From: Acidimicrobiia bacterium
GTDB lineage: Bacteria; Actinomycetota; Acidimicrobiia; Spongiisociales; ZC4RG35
NCBI GenBank assembly: GCA_965215185.1
Contig: OZ244034.1
Coordinates: 288,001 to 352,000 of the forward strand
Direction of reading: 5' to 3'
Length of the DNA stretch: 64,000 nucleotides
A program made the position numbers and the translations under genes. Below, piece by piece: positions 1-9,441 of the stretch. The notes beneath the pieces were generated by a model that was given only the letters and a program-made list of their open reading frames with translations, was not told the DNA's origin and ran no database searches. How positions within the stretch are numbered: the first letter of the stretch is position 1; each line of letters starts with the position of its first letter.

Positions 1-277
1 TCGCAACCGTATTTTCGCATTCCCGCCAGTCTGTGTAGTTGAGCTTGCGGAGTCGGGACCAGTGGTTTTCGAGTTGCTCGAGATCGGGGAAGGTCCAGAT
101 TTCCAGATGCTCTTGTCGGGACTGGCCGCGGATGGAGAGAGGGCCCATACGAGTGGCGCCGGTATCGATTGAATCGGAGGCGGTTTTCTCCCAACTGGCG
201 AGCATCTGGTCGCGTGCCGGCCGGGTCTGCTGGTACCAGCCGGGGCGTGGACGGTAGGTGTGTAGCCAGGTGATCAC
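1..277 (-). CDS. Partial hypothetical protein, probable ferredoxin-like/dimeric alpha-beta barrel (Cld/darcynin-like); runs off the window edge
   Basis: Not in the ORF track. Open frame from GTG at 277, GTGA-coupled to the upstream stop: MITWLHTYRPRPGWYQQTRPARDQMLASWEK...EHLEIWTFPDLEQLENHWSRLRKLNYTDW. Confidence 0.65.
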   Translation of the reverse strand, partial: MITWLHTYRPRPGWYQQTRPARDQMLASWEKTASDSIDTGATRMGPLSIRGQSRQEHLEIWTFPDLEQLENHWSRLRKLNYTDWRECENTVA

Positions 278-930
278 GAGAGCTTTGCCTCCAATCGGTC
301 GAGGGCGATCGGACGCCCGATGAGATGGTATGAGGTGGTGAACATGAAATCGTCCTGGATTTCGTGGCCGTGCATGGCTTTGGTGAGGGTATGCAAGTCC
401 GGCACTTCCCACAACGCAGCATGGTCCCAGTCTGACGTTGCCCCGACGTCGAAGCGGCCGAAGATGTCGCATCCCAGTTCGACGTCGTACTCGAAGGCGA
501 CGTCGCAGTCGAGATCGTAGGCGGCGCGCTCGTCGGTTGATGCCCTGTGCCAGGCATCGTTCCAATCCCAGAGGGCGAGGAATCCGAGGCCTTGATCGAA
601 CGGCCCATCTCCCAGGGACGGGGGGATGTCGCGGGGGCCCACGATCCACTGGGTTCGTTCGAACATCTGCCCCCAATCCGCTTCCATGAGTTCGGTGATT
701 CCGCGGTGGGCTTCGTCGAGATTCGGAGCTTCGAACAGGCCGAACGCCGCCGCCTTGTGGAACGGCTCGGACCAGTAGATGGTGGGTGTGCTCGCTTGCC
801 GGCGACCGGCGATGTGTTGGGGATCGAGCAGCCAACCGGCATCGCCGAGACCCTCGAGAGTTCGTGATAGGTGGCGGGCAGTGGCCGGGAACCGTAGTTC
901 GTCGGCTATGAAAGTTACACCTGTCGTCAT
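274..930 (-). CDS. Hypothetical two-domain protein, chlorite-dismutase-like fold suspected
   Basis: ATG at 930 overlaps the upstream stop (ATGA). C-terminal half has W-x3-S-x2-ER and DWD-x4-WE-x2-DL patterns reminiscent of Cld/ChdC/darcynin. Confidence 0.6.
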   Translation of the reverse strand: MTTGVTFIADELRFPATARHLSRTLEGLGDAGWLLDPQHIAGRRQASTPTIYWSEPFHKAAAFGLFEAPNLDEAHRGITELMEADWGQMFERTQWIVGPRDIPPSLGDGPFDQGLGFLALWDWNDAWHRASTDERAAYDLDCDVAFEYDVELGCDIFGRFDVGATSDWDHAALWEVPDLHTLTKAMHGHEIQDDFMFTTSYHLIGRPIALDRLEAKLS

Positions 931-1763
931 TTGAGAGATCCTTCCGTTCTGTTCCGGATCAAATACCGTTCCAGCATGATCCCGAGGACCGCTGCCGGAA
1001 TCAGATTGGTGAGGGTGAGGGCGGAGAGCTGGTCCCATTGGGCTCCGAATGAAGTGATGCGTGAGGCCAGAAGCAGGGGAACGGTGGTGGCTCCCTGGAA
1101 GGTGAGCATCAGGGCAAAAAGATATTCGTTCCAGGCGAAGACGAAAGCGAACAACAGTGACCCGACCAGGCCGGGAACGGCCAGTGGAAGCGAGATGCGA
1201 AAGAAGGTGTCGGCGGCGGATGCGCCGTCCACCGCCGCGCTCTCATCCAACTCCAGCGGCACCTGGGCAAAGGCGTCGCGCATGATCCAGACGGTGAATG
1301 GGATGGCGAAACCGGTATAGGCGATGGTGAGCCCCAGTTGTGTGTCCAACAGCGAAAGCCATCGGAACATTAGGAGGAATGCCAGCACGATCGCTACCGG
1401 TGGGAGCATGCGCTGGGAGATGAACCAGAAGGCGATGTCCTCGTTCTTCCAGAATCGCCACCGGTACTCAAAGCGCGTCAGGCCATATCCTGCCCCGGCG
1501 CCCAGCAGGGTGGCGATGAGGGCACTGCCCCCGGAAACTATCAGGCTGTTGACGAGTGCTCTGATGACGTCCGCCCTTGCTTCGGACAGCAACCAGCGCC
1601 AGCCATCGAGGGTGGGGAGGAAGTCCACCCACGGCAGGTAGGTGGGATTGACGCTGATATCGAGTTGGGTTTTGAAAGAAGTGATCACGATCCAGTAGAG
1701 GGGGAACAGGGTGATGAACGCCGCCACTGCTATGAACGCCCGTGTGATCCAATGACCCTTCAT
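927..1763 (-). CDS. Carbohydrate ABC transporter permease (MalG-like)
   Basis: Real start MKGHW at 1763 (ATGA overlap); EAA loop ELDESAAVDGAS; FAWNEYLFA motif. Confidence 0.92.
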   Translation of the reverse strand: MKGHWITRAFIAVAAFITLFPLYWIVITSFKTQLDISVNPTYLPWVDFLPTLDGWRWLLSEARADVIRALVNSLIVSGGSALIATLLGAGAGYGLTRFEYRWRFWKNEDIAFWFISQRMLPPVAIVLAFLLMFRWLSLLDTQLGLTIAYTGFAIPFTVWIMRDAFAQVPLELDESAAVDGASAADTFFRISLPLAVPGLVGSLLFAFVFAWNEYLFALMLTFQGATTVPLLLASRITSFGAQWDQLSALTLTNLIPAAVLGIMLERYLIRNRTEGSLK

Positions 1764-2683
1764 GTGTATCGCTCTGATACGCGGCGACTGATATATAGTG
1801 CTGCGAAGCTGACTGCGATCACGACGAACAGCAGTACGTAGGCGGCCGAAGCCGCATAGGCCAGGTCTCCTTGCTTGGCGCCGATGTTGTAGACATAGGC
1901 AGTCACCGATTCGGTGGCGCGGCCTGGACCGCCGCCGGTCACCACCCGGATGATGTCGATGATCTTGAATGCTTCCAGGGCCCGGATCAGTATCGCGGTG
2001 ACGCTGATCGGGAGCAGAAGCGGGAAAACAATGAAACGGAAGATCTGCCATTCGCTGGCGCCGTCGGCCCGGGCCGCTTCGAGCGGCTCGGAAGGGATGC
2101 CCTGCAGACCGGCCAGTATCAGGAGCATCACCAGTGGTGTCCATTGCCATGTATCGACCAGGATGATGGTCACCTTCGCCATGGTGGGGGAGGTGACCCA
2201 CGCGACGGCTGGTAGGCCCACCGCCTGGAGAATGTCGTTGACCGGTCCGAAGCCTTCGCTGAACACCATCCGGCCGATGATGAAGCCCACGGCGATCGGG
2301 CTGACCATCATCGGCAGGAGAAAGAGGATTCGCATCAAACGCTGTTCCCGCAGTCCTCGGTTGAGCGCCACCGCCAATGCCAGGCCGAACACGTATTGCA
2401 GCGCCACGCCGCCACCCACGAAGATCATGGTGTTGAGCAGCGTTACCCGCAGGGCCTCGTCCGAGAGGATCCGCTCCCAATTCTGCAGACCGATGAAGCG
2501 AAGCGGGACTCGCCGGAAGAGATTGACGTTGGTGAATGTGATACCCAGCGAGAAGACAAGCGGGAAGATGCTCAGGGCGAGCACCGCTGTCGTCGCGGGC
2601 GAGATGAACCAGCGTGGCGCGTTACCGGTCCGTCCCAGCGGTGTGCTGGGACGGACCGGTGCGCGAGTGGTTGTTGTCGTCAG
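1760..2683 (-). CDS. Carbohydrate ABC transporter permease (MalF-like); start uncertain (in-frame CTG at 2683 overlapping the SBP stop, or GTG at 2584)
   Basis: WQWTP, EAARADGAS and TGGGPG motifs; frame is open upstream through the conserved RWFISPA segment. Confidence 0.9.
   Translation of the reverse strand: MTTTTTRAPVRPSTPLGRTGNAPRWFISPATTAVLALSIFPLVFSLGITFTNVNLFRRVPLRFIGLQNWERILSDEALRVTLLNTMIFVGGGVALQYVFGLALAVALNRGLREQRLMRILFLLPMMVSPIAVGFIIGRMVFSEGFGPVNDILQAVGLPAVAWVTSPTMAKVTIILVDTWQWTPLVMLLILAGLQGIPSEPLEAARADGASEWQIFRFIVFPLLLPISVTAILIRALEAFKIIDIIRVVTGGGPGRATESVTAYVYNIGAKQGDLAYAASAAYVLLFVVIAVSFAALYISRRVSERYT
2624..2660. repeat. Perfect 16-bp inverted repeat with 5-nt loop just downstream of the SBP gene
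   Basis: ACCGGTCCGTCCCAGC-GGTGT-GCTGGGACGGACCGGT. Confidence 0.85.
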
Positions 2684-4176
2684 CCGGTGATACCCAAGGA
2701 CTCGCGGTAGATCCGCAGTTGCTCATCACGATCGAAGCGGTCGGTGATGGCTTCCCACTCCGCCGCGGCCTTGTCGAGTGCTGCTTGGGCGCTGGCCTGA
2801 CCGGAGAGGGCCTCCGACACTGCCAGCTCCAATGCGTCCTTGTATTCGGGGAACCCGGGCAGCCTCATGTCGAACACCGCGTTGGGATGATCGAGCGATG
2901 CCCGGATGGCATCGGTATAGGCCTTTGCCTCTGCTTCGGGCCATCCTGCGTTCACCCAGAGCGAAGGCTCGAGCGTGGCCGTCGTCCCCGGATTGACTCC
3001 GGTTCCGGCCGTCACCGCCGCCTCGCCGAGGACCTCGGGGCTTCCCAGGAAGGATGCCAGGTCGAAAGCGGCAGCAAGGTTGTTGGACGTATTGGGAACC
3101 AGGTTGAACCATCCACCAAAGCCGAGGAACGGGGCCTTGTTCGGTCCGGAACCCGCAACCCATTGCCCGGCGGCGGGATCCCAGTATTCGTCAGCGCCGG
3201 GGGCGATGCCATATCCGACCGCGCCTTCCACAACTGACGCCTCGGGGTCCTTGGACATGGGGCCGATGTCGCCCCACTGGATGTCCTGGGCAGCGATACC
3301 GCCCACAAAACTCAGGGCGTTTTCGATCCAGCCAAAGTTGAGCATTCCCGGTGGCCCGTACTGTATGACGGCGTCCCAATCTTCGAGTGCACGGACAAAG
3401 CCTGGGTTGTTGATACGAGCGTTCATTGTCTCGGGATCAAAGAAGAAACCCGGATCGGTAGGAGCTTTGGCGTATCCCGCTGCTCGAGTCATGAAACCGT
3501 TCCAACCTTGGTTGTTGCGCATGGGCAACTCCACCAGGCCGTATGCGTCGCCTTGAGCGGACCATGCGGTTTCGGTGAAGAACTTGGCGATGGAGGCGTA
3601 CTCACTCCAAGAGTCAGCCGGCTCGAGAGCCTGGCCGGTGGCCGCCTGGTACTCATCGGCGTACTCCTCGAATGCATCGGCGCGCCAGTAATACATGAGA
3701 ACGTCGCCGTCCCAGGGCATCCCGTAGGCGACCCCGCCGAACGACAGCTGATTTGACCGGAAGATCGGCAGGATGCCTTCCCAGTCGGCACGCTGCTGAG
3801 CCCACTCCGGAGCGGGAGCCATAAACCCGCCGCCCATCAGATCACCGCCCAGGTTCGAGCCGATGTTTATCACATCGGCGATGAAGGTATCGGTGGCGAG
3901 CGCGGCCAGCACTTTGTCGTTGAGTTCGCCAAACGGGATCTCGTCGACCCGGACGGTGGCGCCGGTCTCGGCCGCCCATACGTCCGCCTTCTCCTTCATG
4001 TAGCCGAGCTGGCCGGCAGGACCGGCTACGACCACTTCGACGCCATCGAAGCGCCCTTGCTCGGTGCCCGGATCGTCGATCTCGCCGCCGGCGTCGCTAT
4101 CTGAGTCGCCGCATGATGCGGCGACTCAGAGCCAGGATGGCAATTAGTGCGGTTACAACCGCAGATTACGTTTCAC
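2680..4176 (-). CDS. Sugar ABC substrate-binding lipoprotein; signal-peptide region interrupted by paired indels (pseudogene or sequencing error)
   Basis: AAGGAG RBS and GTG at 4176 are in frame with the 2680..4035 ORF. Lipobox AASC present. Hydrophobic core VVTALIAILAL lies in a shifted frame, with in-frame stops between. SBP_bac_1-like YGMPWDGD motif. Confidence 0.8.
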
Positions 4177-4200
4177 TGTTTTTCTCCTTTGTCTTGTTTT

Positions 4201-5046
4201 TCACGTTCTATTCCTTACACTCCGCACGACCTCCATCAGCCTCTTGGCTATTGCAAGGTCGACCGGGTTCCACCAAACGCCTCCGGTTTTCAGCGAACTG
4301 CCCACAATTGCACCGTCCGCGACCGAGAGCAATTCGGCTGCGTTATCCACATCCAGGCCACTTCCCACGATGACCGGAAGTGAGGTGCCCGCCTGGATGG
4401 CGCGAACCTCGCCGGTCTCGGTTGGTGATCCGGTGCGCTGGCCGCTGGCGATCAGTAGATCGGCATCGAAGAACTCGGCGTCACGGGCCTGCTCTTCAAC
4501 CGCCCGATCGGCGGTGATGGCATGCGCTCCGAACTTGACGTGGACATCGGCGAAGACGGCCACGTCGCGGGCGCCGATCGCTGACCGATAACGAAGAGCG
4601 GCCCCGGCAGGGCCGTTGAGGATCCCTTCGTTGGCCACGTAGGCGTTGACCCACTGGTTCGCTCGAATCCAGCGAGCACCAACTGCTTTGGCGATGGCCA
4701 GGGCAGGTATGACCCCGTTGGCAACGCATGTGATCCCGATCGGGAGGTCCACGGCATCGCCAACCCGCAGACAGGCCGCAGTCAAGGCAGCGACCGTCTC
4801 GGGTCCGATCGACTCGGGCCGAGCGAAGGGAAGGTCGAAGGCGTTCTCGACGATGATTCCGTCGATGCCGGCTTCAGACATGGTTCGTGCGTCGGCGACC
4901 CCTGCTGCGTAGATGTCTTCGACCGGTTGTCCGTCGTATCGGGGTGCACCGGGAAGCGGCGCGAGATGGATCATCCCGATGATCGGTTTCGGTTGATCGA
5001 AGATAGCTGCCAGGGGATCAGGCTTTTGGGGTAGCAAAGAACTCAC
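4201..5046 (-). CDS. BtpA/SgcQ family TIM-barrel protein (function unknown)
   Basis: IIGMIHLAPLPGAP, DGIIVENAFDLPF, FADVHVKFG, VIVGSG and ADGAIVGSSLK family motifs. Confidence 0.9.
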   Translation of the reverse strand: MSSLLPQKPDPLAAIFDQPKPIIGMIHLAPLPGAPRYDGQPVEDIYAAGVADARTMSEAGIDGIIVENAFDLPFARPESIGPETVAALTAACLRVGDAVDLPIGITCVANGVIPALAIAKAVGARWIRANQWVNAYVANEGILNGPAGAALRYRSAIGARDVAVFADVHVKFGAHAITADRAVEEQARDAEFFDADLLIASGQRTGSPTETGEVRAIQAGTSLPVIVGSGLDVDNAAELLSVADGAIVGSSLKTGGVWWNPVDLAIAKRLMEVVRSVRNRT

Positions 5047-5945
5047 GAGATGCCCCTGCGCTGGGTCCGCAGCAACGGATCGATCTCATCTCGGTGTGGA
5101 AACGATGCGAGTGCCCCCAGCGTTCGGCATGCCAGCGCTGCGACGAGAACTCCGACTTCCAGTGCTTCGACGACCGTTGAGCCCGTGGTTCGAGCCCAGA
5201 TGTATCCAGCGGCAAAGCCGTCGCCGGCACCGGTCGTATCGACCGCGTCGACAGGGTGGGCAGGGATCCGTCCCGAATTCCCCTCCGACCGGAAGACGAT
5301 ACCCCCAGATCCCTCGGTGACCACTGCGTGACGACCGCCAAGTGGCCCGGACAGCACATCGAGAGCACCCTCGGCAGAGTCAGCCAGCAGATCCCTGGTC
5401 CGGGCATTGGCGATCAGCGTGTCAGCGCCCTTGGTCACCGCGGCGATGTCGGTCGGATCGGAGGGAAGGCACGCCGGCTCGAGATCAACCGAGAACGGGA
5501 CCCCCAGCGACCGCCACCGGCCGGTGACCTGCGCCGCAGCAGCCAGATCGAAGGGAACCGTGTGACCCCACTCGCTTAGGCCCAGTGTGGCTTTTTCGGG
5601 GTAGAGGCCGGGTGTCACCGCCACCACCATCCGTTTTTCAGGTGAGTCGTCGGTGATCAGCGACATTGTGAAATAGGTAGAGATTGAGGTGTCGACCACA
5701 ACGCTAGTGGCTTCCACGGCTTCGCGCCCCAGTGTCTCCAGGATCATCGAACCGAATGCGTCTTGACCGATGCGGGCGTGGAGCGCCACTTGCGAACCCA
5801 GCCGGGCCAGGGCGACCGCCACGTTGAGCGCCACCCCTCCCGGGCTCACGACCACCTGTTGAGTGTGCACCTTCTGGTCCGGTTCCGGCACGGCAGGAAC
5901 CGACAGGACCAAGTCGACACAAGCGTCTCCCACCACGTCGATCAT
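5043..5945 (-). CDS. PfkB/ribokinase family carbohydrate kinase
   Basis: PGGVALNVAVALARLG and DTTGAGDGF signatures; ATG at 5945 overlaps the GntR stop. Confidence 0.92.
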   Translation of the reverse strand: MIDVVGDACVDLVLSVPAVPEPDQKVHTQQVVVSPGGVALNVAVALARLGSQVALHARIGQDAFGSMILETLGREAVEATSVVVDTSISTYFTMSLITDDSPEKRMVVAVTPGLYPEKATLGLSEWGHTVPFDLAAAAQVTGRWRSLGVPFSVDLEPACLPSDPTDIAAVTKGADTLIANARTRDLLADSAEGALDVLSGPLGGRHAVVTEGSGGIVFRSEGNSGRIPAHPVDAVDTTGAGDGFAAGYIWARTTGSTVVEALEVGVLVAALACRTLGALASFPHRDEIDPLLRTQRRGIS

Positions 5946-6696
5946 GGGCGCTGCAACTCCACTCGGAAGCGATACCGGTCGGCTCGGTACCACAGGCGAA
6001 CCCATTCAACTGGCCTCTGGGACCGATCGAGGGACAGGCGGGTCGCCCGGAGGAGAGGTGATCCCTCCGCCACCTCCAGCAGGCCGGCACGGATGTGATC
6101 GGCGGGAACGGCTTCGATGGTCTCCTCCGCCGTGGCTGGATGGGAGGCCGTCCGTTCCTCCATCGTCTTGTAGAGCGACTTGTTGTGGAGGTCGGTGGCG
6201 GTGAACTCCTCGTTTCCCATCACCCAGATAGGCAGATATCCGTGTTGAACCGCCATCGGGGTGTTGTCGGCGAGGAGGAGACGCTGGACCTCCATCAGGT
6301 CCTCGCCTTCGGCGCCCAGGGCCGACGCAACGTCCGAGGGTCCAGAAACGATCCGCACTGAGAGGGTGTGCGCGGAAGGGATGAAGCCCCGGCTGGCCAT
6401 GTCCTCGTGGAAACCTGCCAGACGGGTGACTGGCCGCTCGAAGCTACGTTGGGCGACGAAGGTGCCCCGTCCTGGGATCCGTTCGACCAAGCCCTGGTCA
6501 CCCAGCCGTTCGAAGGCGGTGCGGACCGTGATCCGGCTGACACCAAAGAATTCGGTGAGTTCGTTTTCGGTCGGCAGTTGCTCACCTGGCGCCCACTCTC
6601 CCAGGTCGATAGCGTGTCGGAGTTGCTCTTTGATCTGGAACCACAGTGGAAGGGGGCCGCGTTGGAGATGCCGATCGAGGTGACCAATGAAGTCAT
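5942..6696 (-). CDS. GntR/HutC family regulator with UTRA domain; apparent frameshift at a G5 run near 6652-6656
   Basis: HTH PLWFQIKEQL...GEQLPTENEL...VSRITVR lies upstream of and in frame with ORF 5942..6490. ATG 6696 is out of frame by one base; adding one base to the homopolymer restores it. Confidence 0.85.
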
Positions 6697-6707
6697 TATA
6701 TTATGAC
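6692..6707. promoter_or_regulatory. Candidate GntR autoregulatory operator overlapping -10-like TATAAT and the start codon
   Basis: GTCAT-TATATT-ATGAC dyad, AT-rich in a GC-rich background. Confidence 0.45.
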
Positions 6708-7176
6708 AAATAGGTTTTCAACAAGCGGCAGTCGCCTTGAAAGCGCTGAATGCCGGGGCTTCCCACCGTTAGTTGCCCAACACTAGGTTGCCCCCGGCCC
6801 GGGCCAGTAGCGACATTGATTCGGATGCTGAGGCTCTGCCAGTCTGGATTTCGGGGAGGGCATTCTCCTACTCTGAGCCTTACTTCTTCCAGATGGCGTT
6901 GAGCTTCTCCGCTTGAGATCCTCGAAGCACTTGCCTGGCGGAGGCCAGACACACTCGAAGCCGTCCACCTAACAGTTGTTTCACTTGCTGGCAGAAACCC
7001 ACCGCAGGCCCTGGTTGGTGATGCTTTTCCTTGTTTGACCGGGGGGTGTCGTGTCCGCTGTTTGGGGAGTAGGCTTGGCGTTCGATGCCATACGATGACC
7101 CGGCCAGCCTCGCCACGTCAGCGGCAACTTTGACTGCCTTGGTTCTGACCGCCTACTAAGAGGTCCGAGCCGAATA

Positions 7177-8598
7177 ATGTTGGATCTGGTCATTCGGGGT
7201 GGGGAAGTTGTTACACCGATGGGTGTTGGGGTGTGGGACGTGGCGGTTAGGGGGGAAAAGATCGTGGCCGTGACCGAGCCGGGTGTTTTGGTTGGCGAAG
7301 TCGGTCGGGTCATTGACGCGTCGGGGATGGTGGTGGTGCCCGGTGGCATCGAACCACACGCTCACATCGCCGCTCCCATTATCGGCCACGGCGATGGTCG
7401 GACGGCTCCTCCTGAGCAGGTCAGCCGCGCTGCGCTGTTCGGCGGCACTACTACTTTGTTGGATTTCGCGGTCCTATATCCAGGGGTCGACATTCCCCAG
7501 GCCATTGAGGAGCGGACCGGCGTCTGGAAGGGCAATTCCTATGCCGACTATTCCCACCATGTGATGCTTTTGGGTGACATTCCGCCCGAGATCATCGGCT
7601 CGATTCACGAGGCGGTGGAGGATGGCTTCCCCACCTTCAAGGTTTTTACGACCGAGGTGCGTCCGCCTACCGCAGGCGACGTACCCCGCATGGTCCGCAC
7701 CGGGCACCTGCGCGACCTTATGAGCCAAATCCAGGAGTTGGATGCCATGTTGTTGGTTCATGCCGAAGAGGACGACATGGTACAGCATATGCACCAAAAG
7801 CTGATCCGGGAAGGGCGCACCGAGTGGCCCAATATGCCGTTGGTGCATAGCGCCGAATCAGAAGACATTTCGTTTCGGCGGGTGCTGCGGGTGGCCGAGT
7901 GGACCGGCGCTCCGGTCTATTTCGTTCACGTCAGCGCCCGGTCGGGCGTGCAGGCTATCGCTGAGGCCCGGGCCGACGGCCGCCCGGTCTACGGCGAGAC
8001 ACTCCACAACTACTGCTGTTTCAGCGAGGCTAACTATCAGGAGGAGTTCGGGATGAAATACCACACCTACCCCTCTTTGAAGTCCGAGGACGACCGGGCG
8101 GGGCTGTGGAAGGGCATCATCGGGGGCGACCTTCAGACGATGGCCACCGACGAGTACTGCACATCGTGGGAGACGAAGACAGCGGGGCGGACCATCTTAG
8201 ATGTCACCGGCGGCCACAACGGGGTCGAGACGCGGATGGGCATCACTTTTAGTGAGGGGGTGTCCCGGCAGGGAATGGGATTGGAGCGGTTCGTGGATGT
8301 CACGTCAACCAACGCCGCCAAGATCATGGGTCTTTATCCACGCAAAGGTGTGCTGGCGCCGGGCAGCGACGCTGACATCTGCCTAATCGACCCGAGTGTC
8401 AAGCGGAAGCTGACCGCCGACGACTTTCACATCTCCGACTACAGCATTTGGGATGGATACGACATTGAAGGCTGGCCGGTGACCACCATCCTGCGCGGCG
8501 AGGTGGTGGTGTCTCACGGTGCCTTCAGCGCCGCTCCCGCTGGCCGGCTACTGCCCCGCAAGATCGATCACGGGGTAACCATCCGTCCTGCCTGCTGA
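7177..8598 (+). CDS. Dihydropyrimidinase/hydantoinase-like cyclic amidohydrolase
   Basis: PGGIEPHAH (HxH), GGTTT, FKVF (carboxylated Lys), VHAE, VHVS, TD, KGVLAPGSDAD. Confidence 0.88.
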   Translation: MLDLVIRGGEVVTPMGVGVWDVAVRGEKIVAVTEPGVLVGEVGRVIDASGMVVVPGGIEPHAHIAAPIIGHGDGRTAPPEQVSRAALFGGTTTLLDFAVLYPGVDIPQAIEERTGVWKGNSYADYSHHVMLLGDIPPEIIGSIHEAVEDGFPTFKVFTTEVRPPTAGDVPRMVRTGHLRDLMSQIQELDAMLLVHAEEDDMVQHMHQKLIREGRTEWPNMPLVHSAESEDISFRRVLRVAEWTGAPVYFVHVSARSGVQAIAEARADGRPVYGETLHNYCCFSEANYQEEFGMKYHTYPSLKSEDDRAGLWKGIIGGDLQTMATDEYCTSWETKTAGRTILDVTGGHNGVETRMGITFSEGVSRQGMGLERFVDVTSTNAAKIMGLYPRKGVLAPGSDADICLIDPSVKRKLTADDFHISDYSIWDGYDIEGWPVTTILRGEVVVSHGAFSAAPAGRLLPRKIDHGVTIRPAC

Positions 8599-8634
8599 TC
8601 CCTTCCCGGCGCCGAACTCGACTTAACCCATCCT

Positions 8635-9441
8635 CTATGCGGTTGGCCGGACTGGTGGCTGGCAGGAATCGAGAGTGATCTCCAATGCTGCTTCCCATAC
8701 GGTGGTGTTGGCCGCATCGAGACGGGTTTGTTCTCCGGGGGAGAGTGGGTCCAGGAAGCTGCGGTCGGCGTCGAGTTGGTCCCACACGGCCAGCAGGGCG
8801 GTGGCGGCGAAGCCGAAGTGTTGGGCGACGGCGTAGAGGGTGGCGGCTTCCATGTCGACCGATCCGTAGCCACGTTCCCGCCAGTCTTCGACCATGGCGC
8901 CGCTTTGGGCGAAGATCGAACTCCAGGTCAGATGCAGGGAGTCGGCAGCCGTCACGCCTCTCTTCTCGAGGGCGGTTCGTCCGAGTTGGGTGAGGTGCGG
9001 GTCGGCGAGGACGATGCCGGTGTGTTCGGCGACTCCTTTGTACAGGTGGGCAACCCCTTCCCGTGCGACCGCTTGGGATGGTACGAGCACATCGCCGGTG
9101 GCCAATCGGGGGTCGAGAGCGCCGCAGGTGCCGATCATCACCATCCTGGGTGTGCCGAGCACGCCGAACAGGTGGGCCAATTCGACGGCTCGCGGCGCCC
9201 CGTAGACGCATGAGTACACGATGGGTGATCCTTGCCACAGACCGTAGAACATGTCGGGAAAGGCCAGTTCCCTCACCTCGTCCAGATAACTAAGGCGCCA
9301 GGCGGTGCGTTGGGCTCGCCACCAGGAACCTTCCATGATCACTGCCTTCGGGATGTCTGCCGTGTCCATTCCCAGGGCATTCAGCCACTCGCCGCGATTG
9401 AGGTCCATCACTGCTTTGTGTCTGGATTGGGGTTCGGTCAT
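8635..9441 (-). CDS. Nucleoside phosphorylase (PNP/UDP family)
   Basis: IGTCGAL, GDVLVP, REG and VDMEAA motifs; ATG at 9441 overlaps the MFS stop. Confidence 0.82.
   Translation of the reverse strand: MTEPQSRHKAVMDLNRGEWLNALGMDTADIPKAVIMEGSWWRAQRTAWRLSYLDEVRELAFPDMFYGLWQGSPIVYSCVYGAPRAVELAHLFGVLGTPRMVMIGTCGALDPRLATGDVLVPSQAVAREGVAHLYKGVAEHTGIVLADPHLTQLGRTALEKRGVTAADSLHLTWSSIFAQSGAMVEDWRERGYGSVDMEAATLYAVAQHFGFAATALLAVWDQLDADRSFLDPLSPGEQTRLDAANTTVWEAALEITLDSCQPPVRPTA

Noticed and set aside
1764-2480. 517-aa version of the permease ORF 927..2480
   Set aside because: Upstream part overlaps the neighbouring permease in another frame; real start is the coupled ATG at 1763
6710-7170. Short ORFs or IS remnant in the gntR-hydrolase gap
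   Set aside because: No recognisable domain, terminal inverted repeats or RBS; treated as intergenic or eroded sequence
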